Positions 1-13,676 of a DNA stretch of 64,000 bases are shown here, piece by piece. A program made the translations under genes and the position numbers. Below the pieces are notes generated by a model, which was not told where the DNA came from, did no database searches, and was given only the letters and a program-made list of their open reading frames with translations. The number at the start of each line of letters is the position of its first letter. The stretch's first letter is position 1. The DNA is from Botryllus schlosseri (taxonomy: Eukaryota). The DNA is taken from NCBI GenBank assembly GCA_051294905.1, contig CM119372.1, positions 9,550,001 through 9,614,000 on the forward strand. Reading direction: 5' to 3'.

Positions 1-254
1 CTTACAATTATCGCCGAAACGTATTTTAGAAGTCATCGATCTTCTTCACTAGGTAGCACTACGGCATTCCATGTAGCGATTGCCGATAGAGAGGTATGAT
101 GAGATATTCGAGATATGATGCGGTTTATGCAATACCCAGCGTTAAATGACATGTAATTTCATTCTTGTGCTGGCGTAGCATGCCTTTCTGCAATAGATCA
201 TAGATACAGATATGGTATAGATGCCGCCGCGAGAAATAAGTCTGAAACTGCATC

Positions 255-3200
255 ATGATCTGGAGTCGATTGAGGGCATCACATCAACACCCCTCGTTGA
301 CGCTACTAGTTAAGTCTGTACTGGGCAATTTGCTGCAAACGATACGGACGCCGAGACGAGCGATCAGCAAACTGGTTCTGTTTCTCGGTTTCGCGTTCTT
401 GTTCTATGTGAGCGGTACGGGAGGCTTCTATAGGAGACTGCAGTCTAGCACGGACGATTTCAAGTTCACCTCTGTGCGAAGAAGTGCAGCTGAGTTCATT
501 TGGCCAAACATACGTGAAGATATGGGTCAGTAAGCAATAAGCAGGTTATTTCTAGGGCTGGGATATATTGCGAACCCTGAGTGATTCGATTCTGAACTGA
601 GTATCGCTCATTATGATGTCATGCCAGTAAGGATGACATTTCATGCGATCACGAATAACATTATGAGTGCTCTACATCAGTGGTTCTCAACCTTTTTCAC
701 CTCGCGGACCGGTAAAATTTCATAAAATGTCCTGGCGGACCGGTGAACTTTCAAAATTGAAATGAAGCTAAAATCTAGAGTATGAAACCGTTTTTTGCAA
801 TTATATGGTGCTAGCGAGTGACATTTAGCGGGTTATGATCGTAATTAATTAACTTCATGATGGCATCCATGTGATTTTATGGTAGTCAGTCTGCTGAGTG
901 GAGGTAAAATAGCCTCGTCCAGATAAACGTGGCACCGCCGAGAGTCGTTTATATAGTCTCTCGCGCCGAATGCCATGGGTTTAACCGACCCCGCCAACTC
1001 GAAAAATATTCTTCTCTTTGATAATATCGAGAGAAGAATCGTTTCGGAGTCGAACCAAGCACTTTGTCGTGCTACCTCGATCATGACCCACTGCCACCGG
1101 GCGCATAAGCTACTCTGGCAACTACGAATACAATGCGTGCCGCAAGAAAACACCATACAGCAACTACAGAGAGTTTATGTAGCTTAATCGTGCCAATAGC
1201 GAAAATTTCCGATAACTCATGACTGAATCGGTTTTCTCGCTGACGAATTTTTAGCACATCGTCCAGAGTCCCATGTTAGCCTGAACTTCATTATGTGTTG
1301 GTGCGTCGTGGCGCGGTGATGGCTGACGCCGAAATTCCTATTTCCATAACTCATGCGTATTTCCCGGAGAAGGACACCTAATAAGCAAGACATTTAGTGA
1401 CAATAAATCGCGCAAAGCGCGAAAAGAAATTGAAAAATATTGGAAAAAGTTTTAAAATAATACGCTATGATGTATGTTAATTTGCAAAATAATTTTAGGT
1501 TCTTTTCAAGCTCGGCCCCTCTCCAATCGGGTGGTTTGGGGTGCCCAGTTACGGTCCTGCTGCACAAAATGAAAGAAATCGAAAACGAATGATCGCGATA
1601 ACTGCGCTGTTTAGCGATGAGTCAGCTCGTACCTGTTGTGTACTTGTCGCTCGCATGTTGTCAAATGACACGTCTTGAACTTTGAGTCAAAACGAACATG
1701 TTACCAGCCCTAATGTTACCTCACGAAGTTTTGAATCAGTTTAAAATTTGATGTTTTATTTATTTTATCAATGGATAAGCCTTCGTCATTGCATCTTGAA
1801 TTTAAGGTATAGAATTGAAATATACCTGGCGGACCGGCACCGGTCCGCGGACCGGCGGTTGAGAACCACTGCTCTACATCACATTAAAGATAATTTTGTA
1901 TTCTTTCGACCATACCTATTTCATTGTACTTTGTGACAATGCTGTGGGTTAATCACGAAATCACAGATATGTCATTTCCATCTAACGTGCGTACCTGCGT
2001 ACATAGCTGTGTGCCATGTTTCAAGTGCTGCGACTGCGAAACGACCAATCGTGGTTTTAAGGCTTACAGTGGAAAATAGCATCGAAGCTATAATTCTCGC
2101 CGACCAATTAACTCTTCGTGGAAAGTAATGTACAATTTCAGTTACTCTAAAAAATCATCTCTCATTTCCCGACTCTAATCTCTACAATTCATCCCTGCCC
2201 TAGTTATTTCATGCGTCTATGATAGCTCGTGAAATCTACAAATCCGCAGAGGTGGTCAAAGTAGTCAAGAAAGCTACTGAAGTAGAAGTAGAAGTAGCGA
2301 CGAAAAAATCTACTCAAGTACAAGTAGAAGTACTTCTTCATCAAGCCACCTAAAACTACTTGAAGTAGAAGTAGAATTGACTGACTTTAAATCTACTCAA
2401 GTAAGTAAGTAGTTTTGAAAATAGTCTTAATTCGTTCGCATGGACTGTCAAAAGCTGCAAATTGAGCTATGCAGAAGGTGCAGAGAATAACTTGATTCGT
2501 ATTGATGCATCCCAGGAGGTATCAATTGTCGGCAAAATAAGCATTCTTTCGCATCACGGGATGCAAATTATAGTTTTGATATGAAAATGCGATACTAAGC
2601 CTTTGTTTACTAGAAGACCCCGTTTTAGATAATATCATGGCATGGTGCCCTAGCCCTACCCCATATTATAAGGCCCCAAGTTTAGGCGAAGAGCAATACG
2701 GAGAAGTTGTATCGGATACGGTTTCAACACTTTGTGTGATTGGTATACGTTAATAACAAATATTGTGGATCGTAAAATTTATATTGAGTGTAGCTTTATT
2801 TTCGGATAATAGAGGCATTACTACACTTGCTTTTATGCTTCAACATGTAGCCTATGTTCTGCAGACAAACGAACTGAAAGTAATTAGAACTGAAAGTATG
2901 ATACTCGGAATTGAAAGTGTAATACAAATACCACTTGAAAAGAGCGGAAAATATGTTTCATGTCTCTGTCCATAAAGCTTCAAAGGTGATCTGCTAAAAC
3001 AGGTGTAACGTTAAAAAGCTGGATTTTCCAGATTAGCACGACACGTCATGGGCTGCTAGATAACGATATGATAGGTAATTGCTAGATTCTAAAACGGGAG
3101 TTTCAAACGTTATGGTGGGCCATATTTACTGTGTTGAAATATTTGATATAGGCGACAATGCGGTGTGAGCGGGACCAAGCAATCCGGTACCTAAATTATA

Positions 3201-6200
3201 TTCACTGATACTTTCGTGAAAACATATTTGCCACTCCATAACTGCTGTGCGCGAAGCGCAAAAAAAATTCTGGGCTTTTATACTTGACTTTTATGAATAT
3301 TAAATGTTGGTACTCCGTGAAAACAGCCCCAAAATTTCTCAGGCTATCTGTCGTATTGGGGGAATAAACTACTTTTACTTGACAAACAGAAAATAGCGAA
3401 AAGTAAGTAAGTAGATTACTAAATATTACGAAGTAGTAGTAGAAGTAGAGAAAATCAAATCTACTTGAGTAAGTACCAGAAGTGAAGGAAAACTACTTGA
3501 GTACTTCCAAAAAGTAGAAGTACTTCGTTACTGACCACCTCTGCAAATCCGTAACATAAATTTTAATACGCATGACTTAGCGACTGTTCAGACGATAAGT
3601 ACCGAATCCTTTGGTAAATAAACAACAACAACAACGTAACGACTGCCACGTAATAATGATTAGATTCCACAAAACGCGCATGTCATCATGGCATCGCGGA
3701 ATTCATCAAGGAACGAAAAATGGTATATAGTGCGGAGTGTATGCTTAAACGACATCGACATAATTTGTGATATTTGAAAGTGTGATGACAACGTGTCTAT
3801 ATGACGTTACGTTGGTAGCATTGACACTCAGCAGCTGAATATATCTTTCACTTTCAGGCATTCATATGTTTTTTTCCTGATAGGCTAGTTTTAAAAGCGA
3901 ACGTATTTTTTCAGACGATCCCGGAGGCAGGGAGATAAAATGGAAGAATGAGGTGGATAAATCGTTGTCGGAAGTATGAAATTTCATAAAATCTTTCCAT
4001 TTGATGTCGAAGTTTATAACGCACAACCATGTGCCTTGGTCAATCGCGGTCTATAGGTTATGTTAAGACGTGGTGAAAGTATAGTCAGCGTTGTTACTTC
4101 AGTAGAGGTAGAAGTAGCTTCTATACTCAATCTTAAGTAGAAGTAGCAATTTGAAAGACACGACAAAACTACTTCACGTGGAAGTGGAGAATGAAGAACT
4201 GAAAACGCAGCTAAGTAGCTTGAAAAGTTGGATTTCTCCGCGACTAGAGCAAGGTGACCAATGACACTACAAATAGACGCAATTTTAGAAAATATATCCC
4301 GTTAACGTCATACATGGGCTTATTCGCCCAATTTTAATGATAATTTAACTAATAAAAGTGATGCAAACGTACCCCCAAAGCTACTTCTGTACTTCAGAAA
4401 ATCAAAAGAGAAAACGCAATTAGTTTTGCCCAAAAAACTTTTTAATAGAAGTGGTAGAAGTCTGAAACATATATTTAAACTAAATATCACAGGTATATAA
4501 GCAACACCTATTCGATTAATCGAAAAAAAGTGGAAGTGTTTCGTCACTGGCCACTGACTAGGGACCGCCTCTGGTTATGTTCCATTCAAAATCCGGGTTG
4601 CCATCTGAATCGAGTCTGTGCAAACAGCACGGACAATTTAACCCCTGAACTGACTTCGCCAAAACGAATCCAATAAAAGTTCAACCGTCATACATCGGGT
4701 TTTGAGCAACGTGTTTCCTTGCTGATTTACCAATGCCTATAAAACGTGATTCGAGTAATCATCACACTAAATGAGCACATGTTCATTATATGACCGCGCG
4801 TGATTACTTTTCAGCCCAAGAAAAAACGTTTTCCCGACGTATTCATCGTCGGAGCGGAAAGATGTGGGGGCGAGGCAGTCGCAAATCTACTCCTGTTACA
4901 TCCTCTGGTGAAGCCCACCAACCCGCTGCAAAGTCACTTTTTTACGAAGTATTTCAGCGAAGGAAGTGATTATTACATGTAAGACCTATCATTGTCAATT
5001 TTCAAGATCAGTGCACGGCATAACAAATTGAACGAACATGGTAGAAACATATATCGTATCCAGATTTGATACGCACATTATGCCACTCAATCAGGGTTGC
5101 ATTTGAAACAAAAATCGACTTAAAAAACATGTTTAAGACAGGGCCTTCGTTCAAAACATGTTTTTATCGTTTTTTTCTTTCGTTTTGGCCTTGACGTCAG
5201 GGATCTTTAATGTGACGTCACAGTCAAATAACATTGGCAATTGAAAAAATAGGGTAAATATGGCTCATTTGAATAAAAAAGAGTTCCGACCACTGTCTTA
5301 AACCGACCAAAAATATCTTTAACGAGGAATACATCAGTATGTAGCATTTTTACGGTCGGCGGTCTTCATCATCTGAACACCCATTCCGTCGGACCAATGA
5401 TCTGTATCAGAGTTTCTTAACCTTGTCGCCAACGCCCGCAAGAGGCGATTTGGATTTTGAAGGGGTAAAAACGCTCGTGGGGGGGGGGGGGAGTATGGGT
5501 CCGCGGAAGGAAAATGACGTTGCAGTAGAGACGTATGATTATATAGTTGAACAAGAGTTCCATAGCCTATATCACTGAGTTCTCATTGCAAATTAAAATT
5601 CGACAAAATCTGTCAAATCTCGCAATTTTTCGTCGCGTTCTGCGCGAAATATATGCCGACGGTGTTTGCAACATGTTTTCAAGTGTGCAGTGGTATATTA
5701 TAATTCATGTAAAATGAATCGCGAGTACTTTTAGATCGCCAATTCCCCGTTGGAATACTCCCATCATGATACTGTTACGGTATTATAGTAAGTCATATAC
5801 TTCATAGTTCATACACCTACTCCGTGATGTGAATGTCGATCATGATGTAACCAATGTACCGATGTAACAGTAGCCTACATTCCTACCTGATGCACATTGC
5901 ACAATTGGCACGGCTCGTTGGAAACTAGTGATTGTTAATTCAGGAATATGATGCCCAACGTCACGGACAGGGAACTGATTCTCGAAGCAACGCAAACCTA
6001 TTTCACGTTGCCGCCGTCAGTGCTGCCCAGACGTATCAAAAAAGTGTCGCCCGATGCGAAAATCATTGTTGTTCTGTGCAATCCGGCGGATCGAGTAATA
6101 ATCGATTTCAACATCGAGGTAAGATTATAATGGTATAAGTTCCAGAGTTGTTTAGTAATGAAGTATATTAACTTTGTTAGAGTACTCAATAACTCAAATA

Positions 6201-7262
6201 GCTTTGCCTATACTTGCACTAGCCTACATACTCAAGTGGTTATTGCTTTTGGACTACTTCCACACTCTACTTGTGCAGGCTTTAGGCAAAATGAATTATT
6301 TTGTAATATTTAGATTTTGAAAAGTAGAAGGAAGTTTTGGGTAAAGCTTGCATAACTTTTATGAGCGATATTGTCCGCCTGAAACATCTCCTGCTGAGCT
6401 GCAACTAAACATATTTTCGAAGATTCTCGGTATTTGTGATGTCTTTAATCATTCTGTATTACAGTCACAAGTACGACTCTTGCAAACTAGAAAGTATAGT
6501 CGCTTACCTATACTAAAAGCATGTGGCCCGTCTCCCTTATATACTTTTTTAAACTACTCTCTCATTTTCAGGCGTTTTACTTTCTACTTTTTACTTGCTA
6601 CTTCTATTTGCGATTGAGTAGACATTTTCAGCGATGCCTCTACTTTTATACTTGCGTAGTAGTGCTGACTACTTTGACCAAGTTTTGCTGAGAGCATTAA
6701 ATGCAATCGTTTGAAATTTTTGTTTCAGATGTTGAATAGGCAAAAGTACCAGGGTCAGAAATACACACTATACCTCGGAACATATCTGAACAGAGCGAAA
6801 AAAATGATGGAGGAAATCCCCTACGATTTCGACGCTCAAATGCAAACGAAGATATTTGCAAGCATACAAAAAGACTTCCCCAGTCACGTTACGCTGTCTG
6901 GCCTGTATTACTATCACGCTATTCGGTGGAAATTGGTATTCAGGCCGGCGCAACTGTTATATCTGAATAGGCGCGACGTGTTGAGGAACACTGGAGATGT
7001 GACGTTGCAATTGCAAAAGTTTCTACGAATTCCCGCATTGATACACAAAGACAATTTTCTCTACGATGATAAATCGAAATCCTTCTGCTACCATTCTTCG
7101 TGGGATAACGGTGGCAACACGCAGAGAAAACACTGTCCTATATCCGAGGAAGCTAATGTCGATACATTCCAACCAATGTCGTGCTACCGAACCCTTCACG
7201 ATTTTTACCGCCCTCATAACGAAAAGCTGTATCAGCTTTTAAAAAGAAATTTCACTTGGTGA
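255..7262 (+). CDS. Heparan sulfate glucosamine 3-O-sulfotransferase-like type II membrane protein (probable pseudoenzyme), 5 exons: 255-525, 3915-3973, 4815-4978, 5944-6118, 6729-7262 (~400 aa)
   Basis: GT-AG junctions join in phase. N-terminal TM segment (LVLFLGFAFLFYV). HS3ST-like blocks: FPDVFIVGAERCGG..LLLHP, SHFF, LILEATQTYF, KIIVVLCNPADR, GLYYYH..RW, LQKFL, LHDFYRPHNEKLYQLLKRNFTW. Confidence 0.85.
553..2202. mobile_element. Non-autonomous hAT-type element (TAGGGC termini) hosting a nested element
   Basis: TIRs TAGGGCTGGGAT / ATCCCTGCCCTA; 8-bp TSD GTTATTTC at 545-552 and 2203-2210. Confidence 0.75.
678..1871. mobile_element. hAT (Charlie/Buster-like) non-autonomous element, family A copy 1, nested
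   Basis: TIRs CAGTGGTTCTCAACC / GGTTGAGAACCACTG; 8-bp TSD CTCTACAT (670-677, 1872-1879); colinear with 11763-13071. Confidence 0.92.
2247..3543. mobile_element. hAT-type non-autonomous element with AAGTAG/CTACTT subterminal repeats (family B)
   Basis: TIRs CAGAGGTGGTCA / TGACCACCTCTG; TSD CAAATCCG (2239-2246, 3544-3551). Degenerate relatives at about 4075-4570 and 6170-6690. Confidence 0.9.
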
Positions 7263-8309
7263 TGAAGAAATAGGAAATTCAACCCCTATAAGCAGTGTTG
7301 CGTTGAGTGCAATACAAGGGATAGAACATATACTTCTACGCCAACATGACTGTATAGTAACTAATGCGATCAACCATGAGCTCGAATAAACGGGAGGGTA
7401 TATTTAAAGAAAAAATCGATATATGAACAATGAACATCGTACTTATTTTAAATGCATCCAATGCAAACTTCAATATGTACTGTAAAAAATCATATTGTTG
7501 GATGCTTTGAGCTCACATGGACTGTACTACATATATGCACGAGAAATTACGAAGTTAAGTAAATAAGGAAGACATCGTTATCCGGCGTAGGACATTTCGG
7601 CCTAGGACATTTTCGTCATTGGGGTCAATATTGCCAATATAATTGGTTGTGTGTTCCAATTCCTTGAAATGTAATGTTCGATAAACAGAATGGATTGGTT
7701 ATATGAGCAATTTTATTCCATTTCAAAAATATCCTCAGCAGGGATTCTAACAAAGCGACTTTGTCAAAGTGAATTTGTACATTGCAATTGCCAAAAGCGA
7801 AGAGCACAAGTGGTTCCCAACCGGGGGTCCACGAAGAATTTTCAGGGAGTCCGTGAAACCTCTAAATTTGCAACACGATCGATTACCTAATTCGTGATTT
7901 TCTAGTTGCATCATATAACGCAATATTTCTTTATGACTATTAAAGCTTCGGGATTCTCATCAGCAAAATCACTTTCATTACATGTAAGCCCTAGTCAACG
8001 GATAGGTATATAGGGCCTTTATTGACACATACATATTGCTGTTTAGAGATGTCTTGTTGGGGTTTGTATAGGTCTACAACATAAATACGGGATAGTAAGG
8101 TCAGGCAGGCTAACTGACTTCGCAATGTTTGCAAGCTTTCTGGATCTGAAGCTGTCAGTCCCTGTCCCTGTCTCATGATAGACATAATCACTATTACAGA
8201 AAAACGTAGAGTTGATTTAGTGGATAGAAATGACTAGGCTGAACCATTTCTCAATTTTGGTGCCTCATGTTGCGGTCATATCCACAGATGTCGCTGGGGG
8301 TGTTACGCG

Positions 8310-8710
8310 TAAGGTTTCATTTATAACAAAAAATCAACTTAAAACAAACTTGTTTAAAACAAGGCCCTAATTGAAATCATTTTTTTAATTGTTTTTTTTA
8401 AATGTTTTTTAAAGTCATGGCGTTACGAATATTCAATTGGGATTGACATTGACAATTTAGGATATAGAGGAAAAATAGCTCCTTTGGCGAATATATGTAT
8501 ACTTTTGCTGTTGAGCCGACTATTTTGCGGGTTCCAATCATCCCATGTCGATATACGTCGGCTACATCGGGTGGTAAATGTCCGTAGGCTCATACAACAT
8601 GTTTTTTATAAAGTATTTGTAAAATTATGGCATAATTTTACAGCTTAAAAAACACATTTTTTTTAAAAAGGCCTTATTTTAAAACGCCGTTTATTTTAAA
8701 TGCATCCCTA
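8310..8710. mobile_element. MITE, hAT-like, inside an older degenerate hAT element (~7808-9077)
   Basis: Degenerate TIRs TAAGGTTTCATTT / AAATGCATCCCTA; TSD GTTACGCG (8302-8309, 8711-8718); a related left end lies at about 5092. Confidence 0.65.
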
Positions 8711-10309
8711 GTTACGCGTTATTATTCCATTCTACTTTACCTATCTTCGTAAAAGTGGATATTTCACTCTCTTTGATATCAAATCGCAGACACGTATTTC
8801 CAAGAAACAACCACGTAGGCCTATATCAAGATTTGCTTCTGACATGCAGCTGCGGAAATCCGATTAAGAGAATTCCCATTGAAATTATAAAAGTCGCATT
8901 CCACATAGTATGATGTTATTTTCAAGAAAACTTCACTTTACAACACAGCCTTCGTTTACTATTTGCACAATACAGGGAATGGTTTCGGGATAATTGAGCT
9001 AAAATTGAGTTAACACTCGATGGGTGTCCAAAAGGACCAAAAGGCGTTCGCGAAGTCAAAGAGGATGAGAGCGACTGATTTATAGAATTGAATCATCCAT
9101 GATCCGATCTATATGAGAATGAGACATATCGACTGTACCTATATTGTAGTACGCTTTGCATTATACGACAAGTAGAAATTTCGAAGAGGATCTTTGTCAG
9201 ATCGTGAAATTTGCCAATCCAATCGGTGTTAACTATAGCTCAGTGCGACGTGTGGTTGGCGATGTACTGATCTCTTTGAAGTCAGATTTACAAATATATA
9301 AACCCGAACGGCTAGCTTATTGAATTGGCTACACTTGTTTCGTACCTATCCGATTAGCACTCTTCACACGCATGCTACATAAGAAGGTACCACATATCCA
9401 CAATTGAAGGTAGGTATGGAAAATAGGGGAAGGTAGTATATTGTATTTTTAAACATGCGTTTGTTTGAAACATTGTTTAATCGTCATCTGTTTTATATGC
9501 AACACAATGACGTTGGATCGTCAATTTGTTTATGTACCATGTTCAGAACCGTGTGTACAACAAAGGCGTCATTTATTTTGTTACCGATAACCATTTCGTC
9601 GTAGTTCAGGTATGACCAAGCGATCAGCAGATCACATGCTCGGATTTGTTGCTCTCGGGGCAGAGATAGGTAGTTTAGTCGCTTTTATTGAATCGGGCAA
9701 AGTTCATTAAGGATAGACGTGTGACTAATCGCAGACCATTGACGGCCGGCAACATCATCGATAGCTGAGTAGATACTATAAACCACAGCCGTGTTGCATC
9801 ATCGACAATGGTGCATGATCCTTCATGTGCAGAATTGCAGTACAAATGTTAACATTTTGTTGTAACATGCCACCATTGCTCACATTGGAATTATTCACCC
9901 ACGTTGCATGATTACTAGGTTGATGTCCCTTTGGTGTTAAAAACACTGTGATGTCATGTATTCCCAAAATTTGATTGTATCTTACTTCTCTCTTGCCCTG
10001 TCACCTGCGACCGCGCTGTAAATTTTAAAACTATGCAGCGGCATTACATCACTTCGACTTCCGTCGTCTTGATTGCATCATGTACTGCAAATCGCTGAGT
10101 CAATGGTGCACGAGGGGATATCGCTGGTATATTTCAAAACGCACAGACGTCATATCATAAGGTAAGAGGATCGGAAATCCTCACACCATGAACCACTGCA
10201 CAAGTGCACATATATATTGCTGCCGCTTCGTCACATAGATGTAATCTCAGTTCAACAACCGCATAGTAAGGATTTATACGAAGCGATACAACTTTACTGA
10301 GACGTTGAC

Positions 10310-11431
10310 ATGGAAGAGCTATCTTCAAGCACAGAAAACGAAAGTATGGTTGGCGATGTCATCGTGGGTACGCCTACATCATCACATGGATGGAATGGGC
10401 TAATTACCATACTTGAGATAATATGGTATGCCGAGACGGTGGTCTGTGGATGGGTACTAGCTAGTATGGTTGTGTACGGATTCAAAAAAAATAGTTGGAT
10501 CACGAAACCCGGGAAATCTAGTCTTAGCAGTGGTTTGATTTACAACTTATGTCTCTCCACGACCGCAGTCTTCATTCCAGAATTGATTGCAACTAAATTG
10601 ATGTTCGCAATACCAAGCACTGGACAGTATTCGGATCACTTTTGCAATAACCTGGGAGACTTTGCTAATATTGCGCACCTTATAGCGTTGTTTTGCGCGC
10701 ATAGTTACATGTGGTTTATGCAGAGGAAGATCTACCTCCATCCACATGTAAGGCCCAGTATTGGGCAAAACGTGGATTGGTGCAGTTGCGGCCTCATTGT
10801 TGTTTATTTCATCAATGCGGCGGCGTTTGGAACATATTGTGTCATCTCAAATGCGTTTGAAGCGTCTGAAGGGGGATGCGTTCGGGTATCATCAACTGCA
10901 TCGGAATTCATGCCAGGGATTGGCAAAAATGTGATATTAGTCGTTTCCCTCGTGGTAATTGAAATTATGACAGTCCTCTTATTCATATATCCTGTCTTGC
11001 GGGTAAAGTTTGAGACTAATCGTCGGATAAGTGCTGACATCAGTGATGGCCAATCTACCACATCGGTTTGTATCGAAATGGAGAATATAAGCAGATCGAA
11101 GATTAGCCTAACCGGAGAAGCAGTGAAAACTATCCTACCCAGGAAAGACTACCTATACTCAACCCCCGTACAGGCGGTCGTGAATCGTACAATGATAATC
11201 TCCATCATCATTTTAGTTTCAAATATTGCGTCGTTATCAGTAGTTACAGTATTCGATATACGGGCACCGTACGTATTAAGACAGTCCATTTATTCAACAG
11301 CATCTTTCGTTAACGTTATTTGCATCATGTGTATTTTTCCTTTTGCCAATCGTGTGATCATTGCGCCATTTTCTCTGTTTACAACAAGTACCAAAAATTC
11401 CTCAATATCGGACGCCACAACACCTGTGTAG
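10310..11431 (+). CDS. Intronless orphan 7-transmembrane (GPCR-like) protein, 373 aa
   Basis: Long ORF with about 7 hydrophobic segments, a Cys at the start of TM3 (HFCNN) and one in ECL2 (GGCV), a W-x-x-Q-R..Y..P motif after TM3 and a long ICL3. No DRY or NPxxY. Confidence 0.75.
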   Translation: MEELSSSTENESMVGDVIVGTPTSSHGWNGLITILEIIWYAETVVCGWVLASMVVYGFKKNSWITKPGKSSLSSGLIYNLCLSTTAVFIPELIATKLMFAIPSTGQYSDHFCNNLGDFANIAHLIALFCAHSYMWFMQRKIYLHPHVRPSIGQNVDWCSCGLIVVYFINAAAFGTYCVISNAFEASEGGCVRVSSTASEFMPGIGKNVILVVSLVVIEIMTVLLFIYPVLRVKFETNRRISADISDGQSTTSVCIEMENISRSKISLTGEAVKTILPRKDYLYSTPVQAVVNRTMIISIIILVSNIASLSVVTVFDIRAPYVLRQSIYSTASFVNVICIMCIFPFANRVIIAPFSLFTTSTKNSSISDATTPV

Positions 11432-11762
11432 AAGCTGTGATTTCGAAAAGTGTAGACCTTATTTTGCTCCTTTATCCGCTGCACATCGTATAATTTTGAA
11501 TTATCGAACGTCGCTTCGTATTTTTCGTATAGTCCTACTGTTGATATTGAACGTCGATAATCCCAGTACATTATAACCATATGTTTCTTCGCCTGTTACT
11601 TTTCGTATTTTTTAGTTTTCGGTGTTATTATTCAGTTTTGTACTCTTTTTCCACTTTTTGAATAACAAATGTTCAATTTCATGCATTGAGAATATATGAC
11701 TGCCTGCTTTTGTCAATAGTAAGAGACGTTTTCGCGAGTATGATGGAAGACTCAGTCTAGGT

Positions 11763-13071
11763 CAGTGGTTCTCAACCTTTTTCACTTTGCGGACCGGTAA
11801 AATTTTAAAAAATGTCTGGCGGACCAGTGCACTTCGAAAATTGAAATTAAGCCAAAATGTAAAGTATGCAACCGTTTTTTGCAATTATATGGTGCTAGAG
11901 AGTGACATTTATAAAGGGTTTTGATCCTAATTAATTATATTCATGATAGCATCCATGTGATTTTATGATAGTCAGTCTGCTGACTCGAGGTAAAATTGCC
12001 TTATCCAGATAAACGTGATACCGCCAAGAGTCGTTTACAGTCTTTCGCGCCAAAGGCCGTGGGTTTAACCGACCACGCCAACTTGAACCAAGTCGAACCC
12101 AGCACCAAGTCGAACCAAGCACCTTGCCGTGCTACCTTGCTCATTGCCCAATTCCATCAGACGCATCCGCTACTCTGGCAAATACGAATACAATGTGTGC
12201 CGCAGGAAAACACCTTGGATCAACTATACCCGCCATCCGGAAATCCGGGCCGCAAAAGCACTTCGTTAGCCCACCACCAAAAACGTTGGTCTTGGTCCAC
12301 CACAGGGAGATAAGCCAACTTCCGGGGGATTCACCCCAAGATCCTACAGGTCGGTGGATGTTTTCACCTGTACTTGTGAGCACATTCATTCTACTCGGTG
12401 TAAGCAGAGAGTTTATGTATTGCTTAATCGCGCCAATACCGAATATTATCGATCATTCATGACTGAATCGGTTTTCTCGCTGCCGAATTTTTGGCACACC
12501 CTTCGGAGTTCCATGTTAGCCTATACTTCATTAGGGGTTGGTACGTCGTGGCGCGGTAATGGCTGACGCCGACATGCCTATTTTCATAAATCAGGCGCAT
12601 ATCTCGGAGAAGGGCACCTAATAAGCAAGACATTTAGTGACACAAAGCGCGAAAAGAAATTGAAAAATGTTGGAAAAAGTTTCAGAAAATACGCGATGAT
12701 TTAGGTTCATTTGTAAAATAATTTTGGGCACTTTTCAAGCTTGACCCCTCTCGAATTGGGCGGTTTTGGGTGCCCCAGTTACGGCCCTACACAAAATGAA
12801 TGAATCGAAAACGAATGATCGCGCAAACTGCGCTGTTTAGCGATGAGTCAGCTCGTACCTGTTCTGTGCTTGCCGCTCGTCAAATAACACGTCTTGAACT
12901 TCAAGTCAAATCGAACATGTTTCAAGCCCTAATGTTACCTCACGAACTTCTGAGCTATTTTAAAATTTGATGTTTTATTTATTCTATCAGTGGACAAGCC
13001 TTCAACATTACATCTTGAAATTGAACTATAAATTTTAATATACCTTGCGGACCGGCGGTTGAGAACCCCTG
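11763..13071. mobile_element. hAT (Charlie/Buster-like) non-autonomous element, family A copy 2
   Basis: TIRs CAGTGGTTCTCAACC / GGTTGAGAACCCCTG; TSD GTCTAGGT (11755-11762, 13072-13079). Carries a ~190-bp segment (~12215-12405) that copy 1 lacks. Confidence 0.92.
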
Positions 13072-13417
13072 GTCTAGGTTATCGCGTAGGCTAACTTATC
13101 CAAACAACTTAACATGTCTAGACTCGAGAGTCGAGACGAACTATATGCATAAACCGTTTTAAAAGGTATAGGCCGATTTGAAGGCCAGTGTGTCTCGTGA
13201 CTGTACTAGGATTGACCACTCTAAAACTTTAAAGTGGTTTTCCTGGTCATGTGATCGATTGATTGACTCACACATCCTGTGGATGAGGGTCGTTTCTTTG
13301 TTTCTTTGTTTCATTGATTCTTTTATCTATTTTCAAAACACTTCAAGATTGTAATACATTGGAAAGAAAGTAAGTTGTCGGACGACTTGACGAAGTCTTA
13401 TATCTATCAAATGCTAA

Positions 13418-13624
13418 CGCTGACCGACAAATAATAAAAACACATGATATTGCGCACTGGTGCAATCAATGTATCAAAACGCCTTCCATTAATATTGAAG
13501 GCAGTTGGTAATGATTCAGCAGAACCAAGCCCTGGTCAGATGGTTCAGGTAGGGCACCCGGCTGACGCTGGCCGACAAATAATAAAAATACATGATATTG
13601 CGCACTGGTGCAATCGATGTATCG
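13418..13624 (+). repeat. Direct duplication of a ~55-bp unit
   Basis: CCGACAAATAATAAAA(C/T)ACATGATATTGCGCACTGGTGCAATC occurs at about 13424 and 13571. Confidence 0.7.
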
Positions 13625-13676
13625 TCAGCAACTAGTAGAGAATTGGAAAGAACATTGCATATCAACAATCGTATCG

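Noticed and set aside
845..1187. Short ORFs within family A elements (also 11931-12566) as genes
   Set aside because: The frames are not conserved between the two copies and show no recognisable transposase motifs.
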